A DNA stretch of 64,000 nt from a virus, in the IMG/VR virus record IMGVR_UViG_3300045988_171858. The stretch is one strand, 5' to 3'. Position numbers and translations under genes: made by a program. Below are positions 47,601-56,400 of this stretch, piece after piece; position 1 is the stretch's first letter; each line of letters starts with the position of its first letter. Under the pieces are notes generated by a model, which was given only the letters and a program-made list of their open reading frames with translations, was not told where the DNA came from and did no database searches.

Positions 47601-48391
47601 CCTTAGAGTTCTACAAACAGATGCAGATTTACCGCAAGTCTGCCGGCACTAATAGTTATGAGGCTAATATTGCAAAACAAAAAGCCGGCAAAACTGTTTA
47701 CGGCGCAGTGGCTTCAGGACTAGACACAAGACAAGATGTAGAATCCGCATATGGTGCACTTTCAGATAATGAACGTGCCTACTTCTCCTCTTTTATAAAT
47801 GCAAAAGAATCAGACAGAAATAAAATCTCAAGAATCGTAGACGACAATAACACATCCGATATGTACCGTATGCTATGGGCAAGGAAGGATGCTATCGAAA
47901 ACGGCGATGATGTTTCTGCATTAATTCAACAAGAAGAACAAGACCTAATTGACGAAAACCGTTCAGCATACCAGGCCTATAAGAATAGTGGGGATGCAGA
48001 CATAGGAATCTCATTCAGGGAGTATGTTCAAGAGCTAAGGGCAGCGTCGCTAATAGAAGAGGCAACGGGAATACCTACATCAGACTTCGCAGGATGGGAC
48101 CCAAGGATTGAAATCAAAGATGTCAAACTGAGGGCGTTGCAGCTATCTAAAGAAGATGTCAGGGAATATGGATTCTGGAAATCTGATGAAGAAGATTTGG
48201 CCAGGCAATCATACATCCTAAATGAAGACCAAGTAACAACACAGTTAAGCTCAATCAAAGAAACAAGAGCAAGACGAGAGTTCCAAGAATCGCTATTAAT
48301 AAAAGACCAGTTGATGAAGCGCGGTATATTTGCAAAAGATATCCGTTTTTCAAACACAGGGTTTAGCGACCAAAATATAAACATAGGTTAA
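44621..48391 (+). CDS. giant tail/ejection protein, tape-measure candidate (1256 aa)
   Basis: It lies after the chaperone-position genes. It has Gly/Ala-rich hydrophobic segments (LAGLAAGFYAL, LAGFPLAGAMFGGTIAYG, AAIGALFALPFLPGALIG) typical of tape-measure or ejection proteins. Confidence 0.4.
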   Translation: MITSNIGWSALNDYRDRREERIAHRRVLMDAQTVEENKSEQEARDIVGSVVKYGLTLEGLVLANRALKNKEVQRKVERYVNLSYLSDSIRGTKQDALNVFGGGKVTLANLSMNVARAFEELSPFSILRTFNTSHIITPFSTVESEFEFSSDLLKGQKRYLKFLASKYGERELTDADFDVGLKYSKGKLLDASDNVVIENARLTLTEFAGTEPGHSATSNYNKVLRRHIAVGEGASFLSRREIGDLARNVPTHTPFTIIAADKNANIGKEWMKSVVGQAIAQGFNMVNEPLGFIEETGGTLINRNSTLFKLIRKYGRINPNATSESTIKELATGYARHGTMKLAGLAAGFYALDNASRLIGTDDSGFGHGILEGLSTTFLGAKLLYAETVSDRFEEYRQEQEYVAPGSTSLLKLAGFPLAGAMFGGTIAYGRRAIPTALANNGYISSTIEAARESFIFGRGVATLAANTPIQDAVAVGTRAKRFATRGAAIGALFALPFLPGALIGESSDEVRAEYLEGKDVAIRKNRGWFSSSTPIEGEGVKYFTKNWYQRLMADNKDKILYGDKDTEEDLNPFLSPFDYLRNPYRFEQMHEGDMPYPVWGMDVSMGGWIGRGFQMAFGDAIKPDLINPRMEALTQEMQDSGEPDIIPTLSITQNVSNKRLSLIGDGKATYGELAKYDPNTESANYIVSSGLDFVGLKGWAVSGVLKDFGIGMPDLKTQYARSGEATNIAREFEAQNLGGMLGSADVIRRIIPMSADVTGERFNPLKNTAAPDWLPKGDYFNDFSRGAFWDKVENGYDRLPGKGYETWNPELSDIDPNDYPDIDKFKILSDVAFGSNEYYKMYEKMEDLYRRKVAGEETELSDEDAARFEEIYIQSQERSRKKRFFEYKTDEELEGISMWGRMLGSIWESTTHNAELSTERLTFFRPAGKLLHQRTAIEDYVKTQLSEGDTALWNKPYEHFIRPFVEDSYKYIDSEHVPEYIQERRNVDNYFDALEFYKQMQIYRKSAGTNSYEANIAKQKAGKTVYGAVASGLDTRQDVESAYGALSDNERAYFSSFINAKESDRNKISRIVDDNNTSDMYRMLWARKDAIENGDDVSALIQQEEQDLIDENRSAYQAYKNSGDADIGISFREYVQELRAASLIEEATGIPTSDFAGWDPRIEIKDVKLRALQLSKEDVREYGFWKSDEEDLARQSYILNEDQVTTQLSSIKETRARREFQESLLIKDQLMKRGIFAKDIRFSNTGFSDQNINIG

Positions 48392-48394
48392 TAT

Positions 48395-51300
48395 ATGGCA
48401 ATCAACAATCTAGTGCTCGGCGGTGCTGCCGCGGGCTTTATGGCAGGTGACCCAATTGACAGTCCGATTTCATCGATCGCTGGCATTGGATTGGGAGCTT
48501 TGATCGGTTCTTCAATCGAGGTTGTTAAATCAAATCGGAAAGAGCGAACTCCTCGCGGTTCCGCTGATATCAGAGTTGACCATACTAAATTAAACAGTAA
48601 GGCGAATAGGACATTCACAGAGGACAATTACGCCGCAGAGATGCAGCGTCAGGCTAAACGTCACAGTGCAATGACAAGATATTCAGGGCGGAGAAGTATC
48701 CGTGAAGTAACAGCAGAAGCCCAAAAGAATAGAGGTATTATTACAGACTCTATGAGGACTGCTGCAGTTGAACGTGCAAACAGTTCTGTCTCTAAATGGG
48801 AAAGTGCCGTTTTGCACAACTTCAACTCTTTGTCCAATATGGACTTGTCGGAAACCTTAGGTCAAAGCGGGGCAATGAAATTTATCCGTGGAGAATATAC
48901 CGCAGATGAATTGTCAAACCTTGTTGTTAGCGGCAAACTTACAGATGAGCATTTCAAAATACTGAGACGCGCATCTTCAAACGAATTGATTTCATCAGAA
49001 GTAAAAGCCGGCGAAATCAACTACTCTTCAAAATTAAGAACAGTAGATATGAGCTGGGTCAAAAACAAAGAAGTGCCAAATATAGGCTCTCTTTCTATTG
49101 ACAGAACAGCCAGCAAAGAAGAGAAGATAAACGCACTTAAAGGCTATCTATCAGGCACACTGGGCCATGACGATGCATTCGCAGAAAGATTTGCACATAA
49201 TATCAGCAACTTCTATCCTGGCGCCGCAATTGATATTTCTAACTCTGACATTTCTATCAAGATGCCAAACGGGGAAACAATCAAAGACCTTATCCCAGAG
49301 AAAAGGAATGGGGTCCTGCAATACTCAAAGAATGGCAATATATACGAAGCAAAATTATATCAACCGTTCGCTGACTCTATTGGTGCTACATTGGGCGGCA
49401 TTGAAATGGCATCCCTATCATCAGACGGGAAAAGCGTTATTATTAGCTCCTCAATTGCCGATAGTACTGTCATTGATGGGTTCACTAATCTTGAAGTTGC
49501 AGGATTTAGAGGTCATGTAGAAGGAACTCCATATGGCAAGGCCCTAGAGCAAATGCAAAGCCTTGGCGCTTATGTCGGTCCTGATGACGGTGAGAATGTC
49601 GTAAGGGCGCCGTCACTTGATACAAAACTTCAGTTCAATCCTTCGGACACCGGTAAGATTGTAAGAATGAAAGATGCAAGTTCTCTTGAGGGCCAAAGAA
49701 GAACCTACAATGTAATCAATCAGGCAATGATTGGCCAAACAGGACTATCAGCAATTCCATCTAATCTCCGCTCAAGAACTTATTCTGTATCAAGTGCCTA
49801 TCAGGCCGAGCAGGCAGTAGCTGGTATAGCCCCTCACCCAGAGCGTTCAACAGGCACAGTGTCAAGAGGAACCGTAATTGACCTTGCAAATACTACACAT
49901 GAAGATACAAGACGCATTGCGCAAGCATCTAAGTTGCTAGTAGAACAAGGACTAGGTCACAACTTTAGCGGCGCAATCTTAGCATCAATCGTCGGACATA
50001 ATAGCAGCTTCAATAACACTATTGGTAGTGCAGTAATGGGCATGGTACTGGAGGACGGCAAAACAGAGCAGATGCTTAAGGGTATCCATTTGAATGCTCC
50101 GGGAACTGTTCGTCTCGGACAAGGTGCCTTTACAGGAACAGAAGAGCAAATCGCTAAGATGGCCCAAATCCAAAATGGCAATAATGTTTCCTACAAAGGC
50201 GGCGAAAGTATAGGTTTCTTCGGAGGGAAAGAATATACGATTCCGAAGACGGTGGATTCCTTTACGGTTTCAAGAATTGAGAACACCAGAGACGGGTACA
50301 AATTTGTAGGCAATAATAATGTTGTTACAGATACAGATTCTAACTCGGGCATCAAAATCTTTAACGATGTTAAGTCTACATCTACCCATAGAACAGAACG
50401 TGATTTTGCATTAAAAGAAATCATAGATAGGTTCGAAAGGGAAGGCTCCATTTCAATGGAGAACGGCTCTATTGTGGTGTCGTCAAGAGATACTAGAAAT
50501 CTCGAAAGACATAACCAACTTCAGAAAGTTTTACCTGAGGGCCGCAGCAGATTCTCCCCAAAAGAGTTTAGAGGCGCTATCGAGAAGTTTGTAGAGCAAA
50601 ACGGCGCAGAGCTAGATGTTGCATTGGCTAAGGTTAGAAATACCTACAAAGATATCAATGTCCGTTCAGAGGATTTTAAAACAGGTTATACGCTCCAAGG
50701 TCTAGAGGTTAGCAACTTCAGAGATAAAGATCAAATCAATAGAGCAAAAAATGTAATCGTGGAGGTTATAACCAATAGCGGATTAGATGTCTCAGGCGAA
50801 CTGCCAGAAGATGCTCCACAGGCATTAAAGGATTTGCAGCATTCGTTCAATAAGCTATCAGAAGCCGGGCTGGATTCAAACGAGGCCGGCAATGAAGTTA
50901 AACGGGCAAGGGCAAGTTTATTCGCAGCTAAAGCTATCGAAGATCCTAAGTTCTCAAATATCGCATTGGGAACTATGCTTGGCAATCTATCTCAGGCGCA
51001 TGACAAAGCCCTTAAACGCGGCAATTCAGTAACTCTTAATTTTGCATTGGGAGATGGCACATCAGTTCCTATCCATGTTGGTAAGGGTAACGATATATCT
51101 TCTGCAATGGCGGAATTAATCAAAGCCTCAAGTAAGCGCCAGAATATGTATGCTGCAGGGAAAATTAGCTATGACCAATTATACGGTGCAATCAAGGGCG
51201 ACTATACGGGCCTAGAATCGTTAGGCTCAAAAATGAGTCTGTATAATCTAGCAGGTCTACGTCCTGGCACGGCGGCGCTTACAGGCGAATCGAGCCGAGG

Positions 51301-53398
51301 TCAAAAAATGTCCTGGATGGCTATGGATAGATTCGACCATCTTACAAACTCACACGAGCTAAAAGATGCCCTTACAACTCTAAATATGGATGCCATATAC
51401 GAAGCTAAAGCCAGAGGCATGGAGCTTGAGAGCGGACATGAGTTCTCTCAAGTGTTTGATGCAGATGAAAGAGAGCGGGCCATTCAAATTGAAGACCTAT
51501 TCAACAAGGATGAAACAAAACGACTTAAGGCCTTCGAAAACGGCGGCTCTTTGAGCCATGTAAAACCTCAGGATGGCATCTTAAATATCAACCTGCCAGT
51601 TCCAAAAGGAATGAGCAAAGAGTTCAAGGGGCAAAAATCCCTATCTATTCCAATCCTAGATAGCAACATAAGCGGATACGCAGAGCTTCCAAATGGCAAA
51701 GATGCCACAAAAGAAGCTACAAAGATGAGAAGAAATCTTCTACTCTCTTTATCCGATTACATGAACGCTAAGGGTGTTGGTGGCGTAGCAGAAGAGTTTG
51801 CCGCAACAGCCTATATGAACGCCTTTAAAGAATATAGGGATTTCCAGAAGCAAACAGGTTCTTCTCTTAAAAAAGCAGCCGCAGGTCGGAATTATAGGAA
51901 TGCCTCATACTCAACCGTTCAGCCTCTAAATAGTGCGCAGCAAGCAGTCTTTGACGACGGTATGAATAAGGATAAACTTAGAGTCTTTGTAACCGAAGAA
52001 GCCGCAGCAGAATACGGGCTTGATAAGAAGAGGTTCGAATATCAAGAAATCGGCGATAGCGGTATGTTCAGAGTTATAGACAAAGAAACTAAACATCCTG
52101 TACAAGGCTTGTTTACTCGCGAACCTGCAACTGGTCCGAACTCTGTTCTTAGCACAGAGCTTGTCGTAGACAGAAATATGGGCAAAGGTATGGCAGTCGG
52201 GATGGATGCTCAGATGATGAAATTAAACTCTGGCGACTTTGACGACGATAAAGCTATTATCTCCGTATTGGATCCTAAGTCCAAGGACTTCTCTAAAAAC
52301 AATAAAGGGATGGTCAACATCATGAAGCGCCAAGCAGAAATGGTAAAAAGCCACAAAGATGCTATCACTAAGCTTACACCCAAGCTGAATGAAAGCAATA
52401 AAAAATTTACCAATATCTCCGGCGTTGGTGATGCTACAAAAAAACTTATCGACAACATCATGTCCGGTAAGGAACGTGACATCGAGGCTCCAAGAGTAAC
52501 TGCATTCCATCAATTGGTAGAAGGTTCTCTCAAACGCGCCAAAGACGAAGAGATGAAAACTCTTGCTATGGCAGACATGGATGATGCTGCAAGAAAAGCC
52601 GCAATGTCAGAAGTAAGAGCCAGATATTACATCGCTGAACAGACAGCCTACCTTATGCAGGAGAATACGCTTAAGTCGGTTCGTCTTGCAAATAAGGGTG
52701 GTCTATCCACAAGTCTTATGGAACAGATTGACGAGTTTATGGCAGAGAACCGTGGCAAACACGCGAACTATAATAAACTCGGAGATGTTATCGGTAGTTT
52801 CATGGAGTCGCTATATCAGCATAGTGACGATGATGTAGGTAGGTCTATTCAGGATGCAATCAATACTGTCAGGAAATCTGTTGGAAAATACGGCAAAGTG
52901 ATAGCAGACAGCCCAATAGAAATGGTTGGCGGTAAAGGATTTAATGCAAATTCCAATGCAGCAGCAATAGCCGCAGCAGCTAGAAATAGCAGCGCAGCAG
53001 AGGCCGCAGCATTGCCTTTTGAGGCGAATCCTAGTACCATTAATAGAATAGAAGACGGTGCTTATAGTGTTTTAGAAACGCTAAAGCATAACAAAAACAA
53101 ACTTATCCTTGGCGCGGCGGGGATGGCTGGACTTGCTATGATTAGCAGGTCAGAAGCTCCAAACCCAAGCTCACCTATGTATAACTCCCCTGTTGCCAGA
53201 ACCAATCCCGTATTGGAAGGTAGAACATCAGAAACCAGCTATGTAAAAGACTGGGGTAACGATCCTAACTCTGTTACCATTAACGGTCATGTTATTAACG
53301 GATTCTCAGATACAAGGATTAAACAGGGTCTAAGAGGCCTGATACAAGGTGATACAAACCAAAGGTCAACAGTAACATTTGACAATAGAAATTACTAA
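48395..53398 (+). CDS. giant protein (1667 aa) with beta-like and beta-prime-like RNA polymerase catalytic motifs: candidate single-chain two-barrel RNA polymerase
   Basis: Motif 1 is GDGTSVPIHVGKG (aa 886-898), compared with beta GDKMAGRHGNKG. Motif 2 is MSLYNL...SRGQKMSWMAMDRF (aa 947-980), compared with beta MYMLKL...GGQRFGEMEVWAL. Motif 3 is REPATGPNSVLSTELVVDRNMGKGMAVGMDAQMMKLNSGDFDDD (aa 1242-1285), compared with beta-prime [41 protein letters not shown]. TM-like segments lie at both termini. Confidence 0.5.
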   Translation: MAINNLVLGGAAAGFMAGDPIDSPISSIAGIGLGALIGSSIEVVKSNRKERTPRGSADIRVDHTKLNSKANRTFTEDNYAAEMQRQAKRHSAMTRYSGRRSIREVTAEAQKNRGIITDSMRTAAVERANSSVSKWESAVLHNFNSLSNMDLSETLGQSGAMKFIRGEYTADELSNLVVSGKLTDEHFKILRRASSNELISSEVKAGEINYSSKLRTVDMSWVKNKEVPNIGSLSIDRTASKEEKINALKGYLSGTLGHDDAFAERFAHNISNFYPGAAIDISNSDISIKMPNGETIKDLIPEKRNGVLQYSKNGNIYEAKLYQPFADSIGATLGGIEMASLSSDGKSVIISSSIADSTVIDGFTNLEVAGFRGHVEGTPYGKALEQMQSLGAYVGPDDGENVVRAPSLDTKLQFNPSDTGKIVRMKDASSLEGQRRTYNVINQAMIGQTGLSAIPSNLRSRTYSVSSAYQAEQAVAGIAPHPERSTGTVSRGTVIDLANTTHEDTRRIAQASKLLVEQGLGHNFSGAILASIVGHNSSFNNTIGSAVMGMVLEDGKTEQMLKGIHLNAPGTVRLGQGAFTGTEEQIAKMAQIQNGNNVSYKGGESIGFFGGKEYTIPKTVDSFTVSRIENTRDGYKFVGNNNVVTDTDSNSGIKIFNDVKSTSTHRTERDFALKEIIDRFEREGSISMENGSIVVSSRDTRNLERHNQLQKVLPEGRSRFSPKEFRGAIEKFVEQNGAELDVALAKVRNTYKDINVRSEDFKTGYTLQGLEVSNFRDKDQINRAKNVIVEVITNSGLDVSGELPEDAPQALKDLQHSFNKLSEAGLDSNEAGNEVKRARASLFAAKAIEDPKFSNIALGTMLGNLSQAHDKALKRGNSVTLNFALGDGTSVPIHVGKGNDISSAMAELIKASSKRQNMYAAGKISYDQLYGAIKGDYTGLESLGSKMSLYNLAGLRPGTAALTGESSRGQKMSWMAMDRFDHLTNSHELKDALTTLNMDAIYEAKARGMELESGHEFSQVFDADERERAIQIEDLFNKDETKRLKAFENGGSLSHVKPQDGILNINLPVPKGMSKEFKGQKSLSIPILDSNISGYAELPNGKDATKEATKMRRNLLLSLSDYMNAKGVGGVAEEFAATAYMNAFKEYRDFQKQTGSSLKKAAAGRNYRNASYSTVQPLNSAQQAVFDDGMNKDKLRVFVTEEAAAEYGLDKKRFEYQEIGDSGMFRVIDKETKHPVQGLFTREPATGPNSVLSTELVVDRNMGKGMAVGMDAQMMKLNSGDFDDDKAIISVLDPKSKDFSKNNKGMVNIMKRQAEMVKSHKDAITKLTPKLNESNKKFTNISGVGDATKKLIDNIMSGKERDIEAPRVTAFHQLVEGSLKRAKDEEMKTLAMADMDDAARKAAMSEVRARYYIAEQTAYLMQENTLKSVRLANKGGLSTSLMEQIDEFMAENRGKHANYNKLGDVIGSFMESLYQHSDDDVGRSIQDAINTVRKSVGKYGKVIADSPIEMVGGKGFNANSNAAAIAAAARNSSAAEAAALPFEANPSTINRIEDGAYSVLETLKHNKNKLILGAAGMAGLAMISRSEAPNPSSPMYNSPVARTNPVLEGRTSETSYVKDWGNDPNSVTINGHVINGFSDTRIKQGLRGLIQGDTNQRSTVTFDNRNY

Positions 53399-53407
53399 GA
53401 GAAGAAT

Positions 53408-56400
53408 ATGGCAAGATTTACTTTTTCTATCAACGGAATGCTAGATTTAGAACCAATCTCATTCGACAAGGTTGATAAGTTTTATACAACCCAGCACGAA
53501 TTCCTACGAGATACTTCGGTTCTAACTTCTAAATCCAGATATAGCGAGATGCTTCATCTTGCCACATTCGCATTTGATGCCTCGGATGCTAAAGACATTG
53601 AAAGGCTTCAAACGCTAATTGCTATCTGCAACTCATTTCCATATGTATTCATTCGTTCAGATGCGATTGTTGAAAATCATTTGATGCCCTTGAATCTAGC
53701 AATAGGTTCTGGGTATTACATGTATGCACTGCATGAGTTTCAGGCAGAAATGTCTTCAACTGATGCAGACCAGGGTGTAGTTACAGTTTCCCTAAGACTG
53801 CAAATGGTAAACTGGAAACCTCTCGCCAAGAGTATTAAATTCATCTCAATCGAAGAGGGCTCAGAAGTTAAGACTAAATCTGGCAAAGTCAGAAATATTT
53901 CCGAATATAATGGCGAAGATGGAGACCAGGTTGTTTCTACCGGCAGCTATGTGAAATACGTTGATAACCCAGAAGAGTCCAATCTTCTTAACTACATGGT
54001 TGAGAAAAATACGAGTGAAGATATTGAGGCTCTTCTTAACTCAGGTCTAAGTCGCTCGTTTGAATTTAATCTTGGATGGCCTCTTGTTATGACGGACATC
54101 CAATTTGAGGGTAGGCCAAAATCAGATTTCTGCTGGAATCTTGTTCGACAGTTCAGAACATTAAAGACGGTAGACCTAGAAGGCTCTTTGCAGACAAAAG
54201 AAGGCAAGAAAACGTCTCAAGCAAATATCTCAGAAGTAACAGACGACAATGCCGAACGTTACGATGAGACTGGTAGAATTTGGGTCGGATATGTAAGAGA
54301 AAGGCTTGCAGGCACCAATGTCAAAGACGGCGGCGTGGCATTACAATCAATTACCGTCAGACGCAGAAATAGATTTGCCAATCAAACAGTTCAAGGTTTC
54401 GTATACCCATATGCACAATATCTTGGACGTTCTCCTTCTGAAGTTCTAATTACAACTGCCGTTAATCATACTAAAGGCATGGCATCTACAACCGCCATGC
54501 AAGCAATCAAAAAAGCCGACGAGATGACAAACTATGTAAGGGTGTCAACGCCGGCATTAAAAGGGCTAGATGTACTTGCAATCGAAAATCCCCTAGTAAA
54601 TGGTCTAGGCATTAAATATGCAATCCTAGACTCATCTCATGCAACCACATCTGGTTCACTAAATAATCTCCTAATCAACAACTTCACCTTTATTGAATCT
54701 GATTCTTACGGCGCAATAGAATCCAGTAGATACGTACTAGCATCTTCTGTTAACGGATGGAATGACTCTGCCAATAAAGCACAAAGACTAATTGATGTGA
54801 TCGGACAGTATCGCGCCCTTAAAAAAGACGGCTCAAGTACATCCGAATACAACAATATGATTTCCATGATAAACAGTCGCTTGGCTGACGCATTGGATAA
54901 ATCGGCTAAGGCAGAGCTATCAGAAGCTAAATCACTTCAAGAGTCCGATGTCTACAAAAAGGCAGACGACACTCAGAAATCTGTATATATCACTCAATTA
55001 TATTTACAGCTCGTATCAGCCAATACTGCCTCAGGTTCGGAAGAGCGTATAACACTGGAGCGTATAAGACTTCTAGATTCAGAAATGGAATCGTTGTATT
55101 TCGAGGTTATCACTAACCTTAATCCAATTACAATTAAGGGTTTAAAAGAAGACCTTAAAAAAGAAAAGGATTGGATTGACAAACTTGAAGGCAATTATAC
55201 GTCGTTCAATGGAGAGGGCATTCCGGATTTAAGAATTAAAGAAATCTTTGAGAACCTAACTCCAACAAAAGAGTACAAAAGCTGGAAAGACCTGTCGTCA
55301 TTCCCATTTATCTATGACCAAGGCATTCTATCTCCGGATAAAGTAGTAGCATACTGGGATGAAAAACTTCCAGAAATCAACAAGTTGCTGGAAGCAACAG
55401 GCGCGTTAATCAAAACAGACCTAAATATTTACACAACTGCTCCAGCTATGAATGATGCCGGAGGTAACTCAACTACCGGTGCATCGGTTATGGTTCAAAA
55501 CCCGGACGGCGGAACTTCTCCAAAACGTAAAGCAAACGTAGAATTGGTCTACACCAGAGACCAGTATGAACGTGACTACAAGGTAAGCACAGGTTCAAAT
55601 AAACGTTTACTCCCATTGGAAAGCATCGTAGCTTATACAAGGCTTGGTAGGGACTTGCAGAACTTTGGTGGACGGCATATGGGGTTAGATATGCCAGTAC
55701 CAGTAGGATCGCCTGTACGTGTTGCCGATGATGGTGTTGTAGCCGTAGCTAAGTTCCAGATGAATAAAAATGGTAAGCGCGGATACGGTAACGTAATCTA
55801 TGTTAAGCATGCAAACGGAATCGAAACTAGATATGCCCACTTAAGCCGCATTCTCGTAAGAGAGGGTTCTCGTGTTGGTAGAGGTCAGGTAATTGGACTA
55901 TCAGGTAACACTGGTGGTTCTACAGGCCCGCACCTTCACTATGAAATCAGAATTAATGACAAGGTGATTAGTCCCAAGGCTTACTACGGCAAATCTACAA
56001 ACGGCCCATCCTCTATTGCGACATCATCAAAAACAAACTCTTCTTATTCCGCAGCAGCATACGCAAGAGGCGGCTCAAGAGCAAGGTCAAGCATTATGAC
56101 CTTAAAAGAGTTTATCTCTGCTGGTGAAAGTGGAGGCAGTTATGATATTGCCAACTGGTATATAGGCAAAAGGTTAAGCTCAGGTAATAGAGGCATCTCT
56201 AATAAGACAGTGGCCCAAGTAATGGCTATGCAGAGCGCAGGGCAGCTTTACGCGGTTGGGAAATACCAAACCATACCTGTAACTCTTAGAGCTGCTGTAC
56301 AAGGCCTACGGCTGCCTGGAAGCACACCTATGTCTCCATCCGTTCAAGAAAAGATCGGAACATGGTTAATCTTCAATAAACGTCCTGCACTAGGTGCTTA

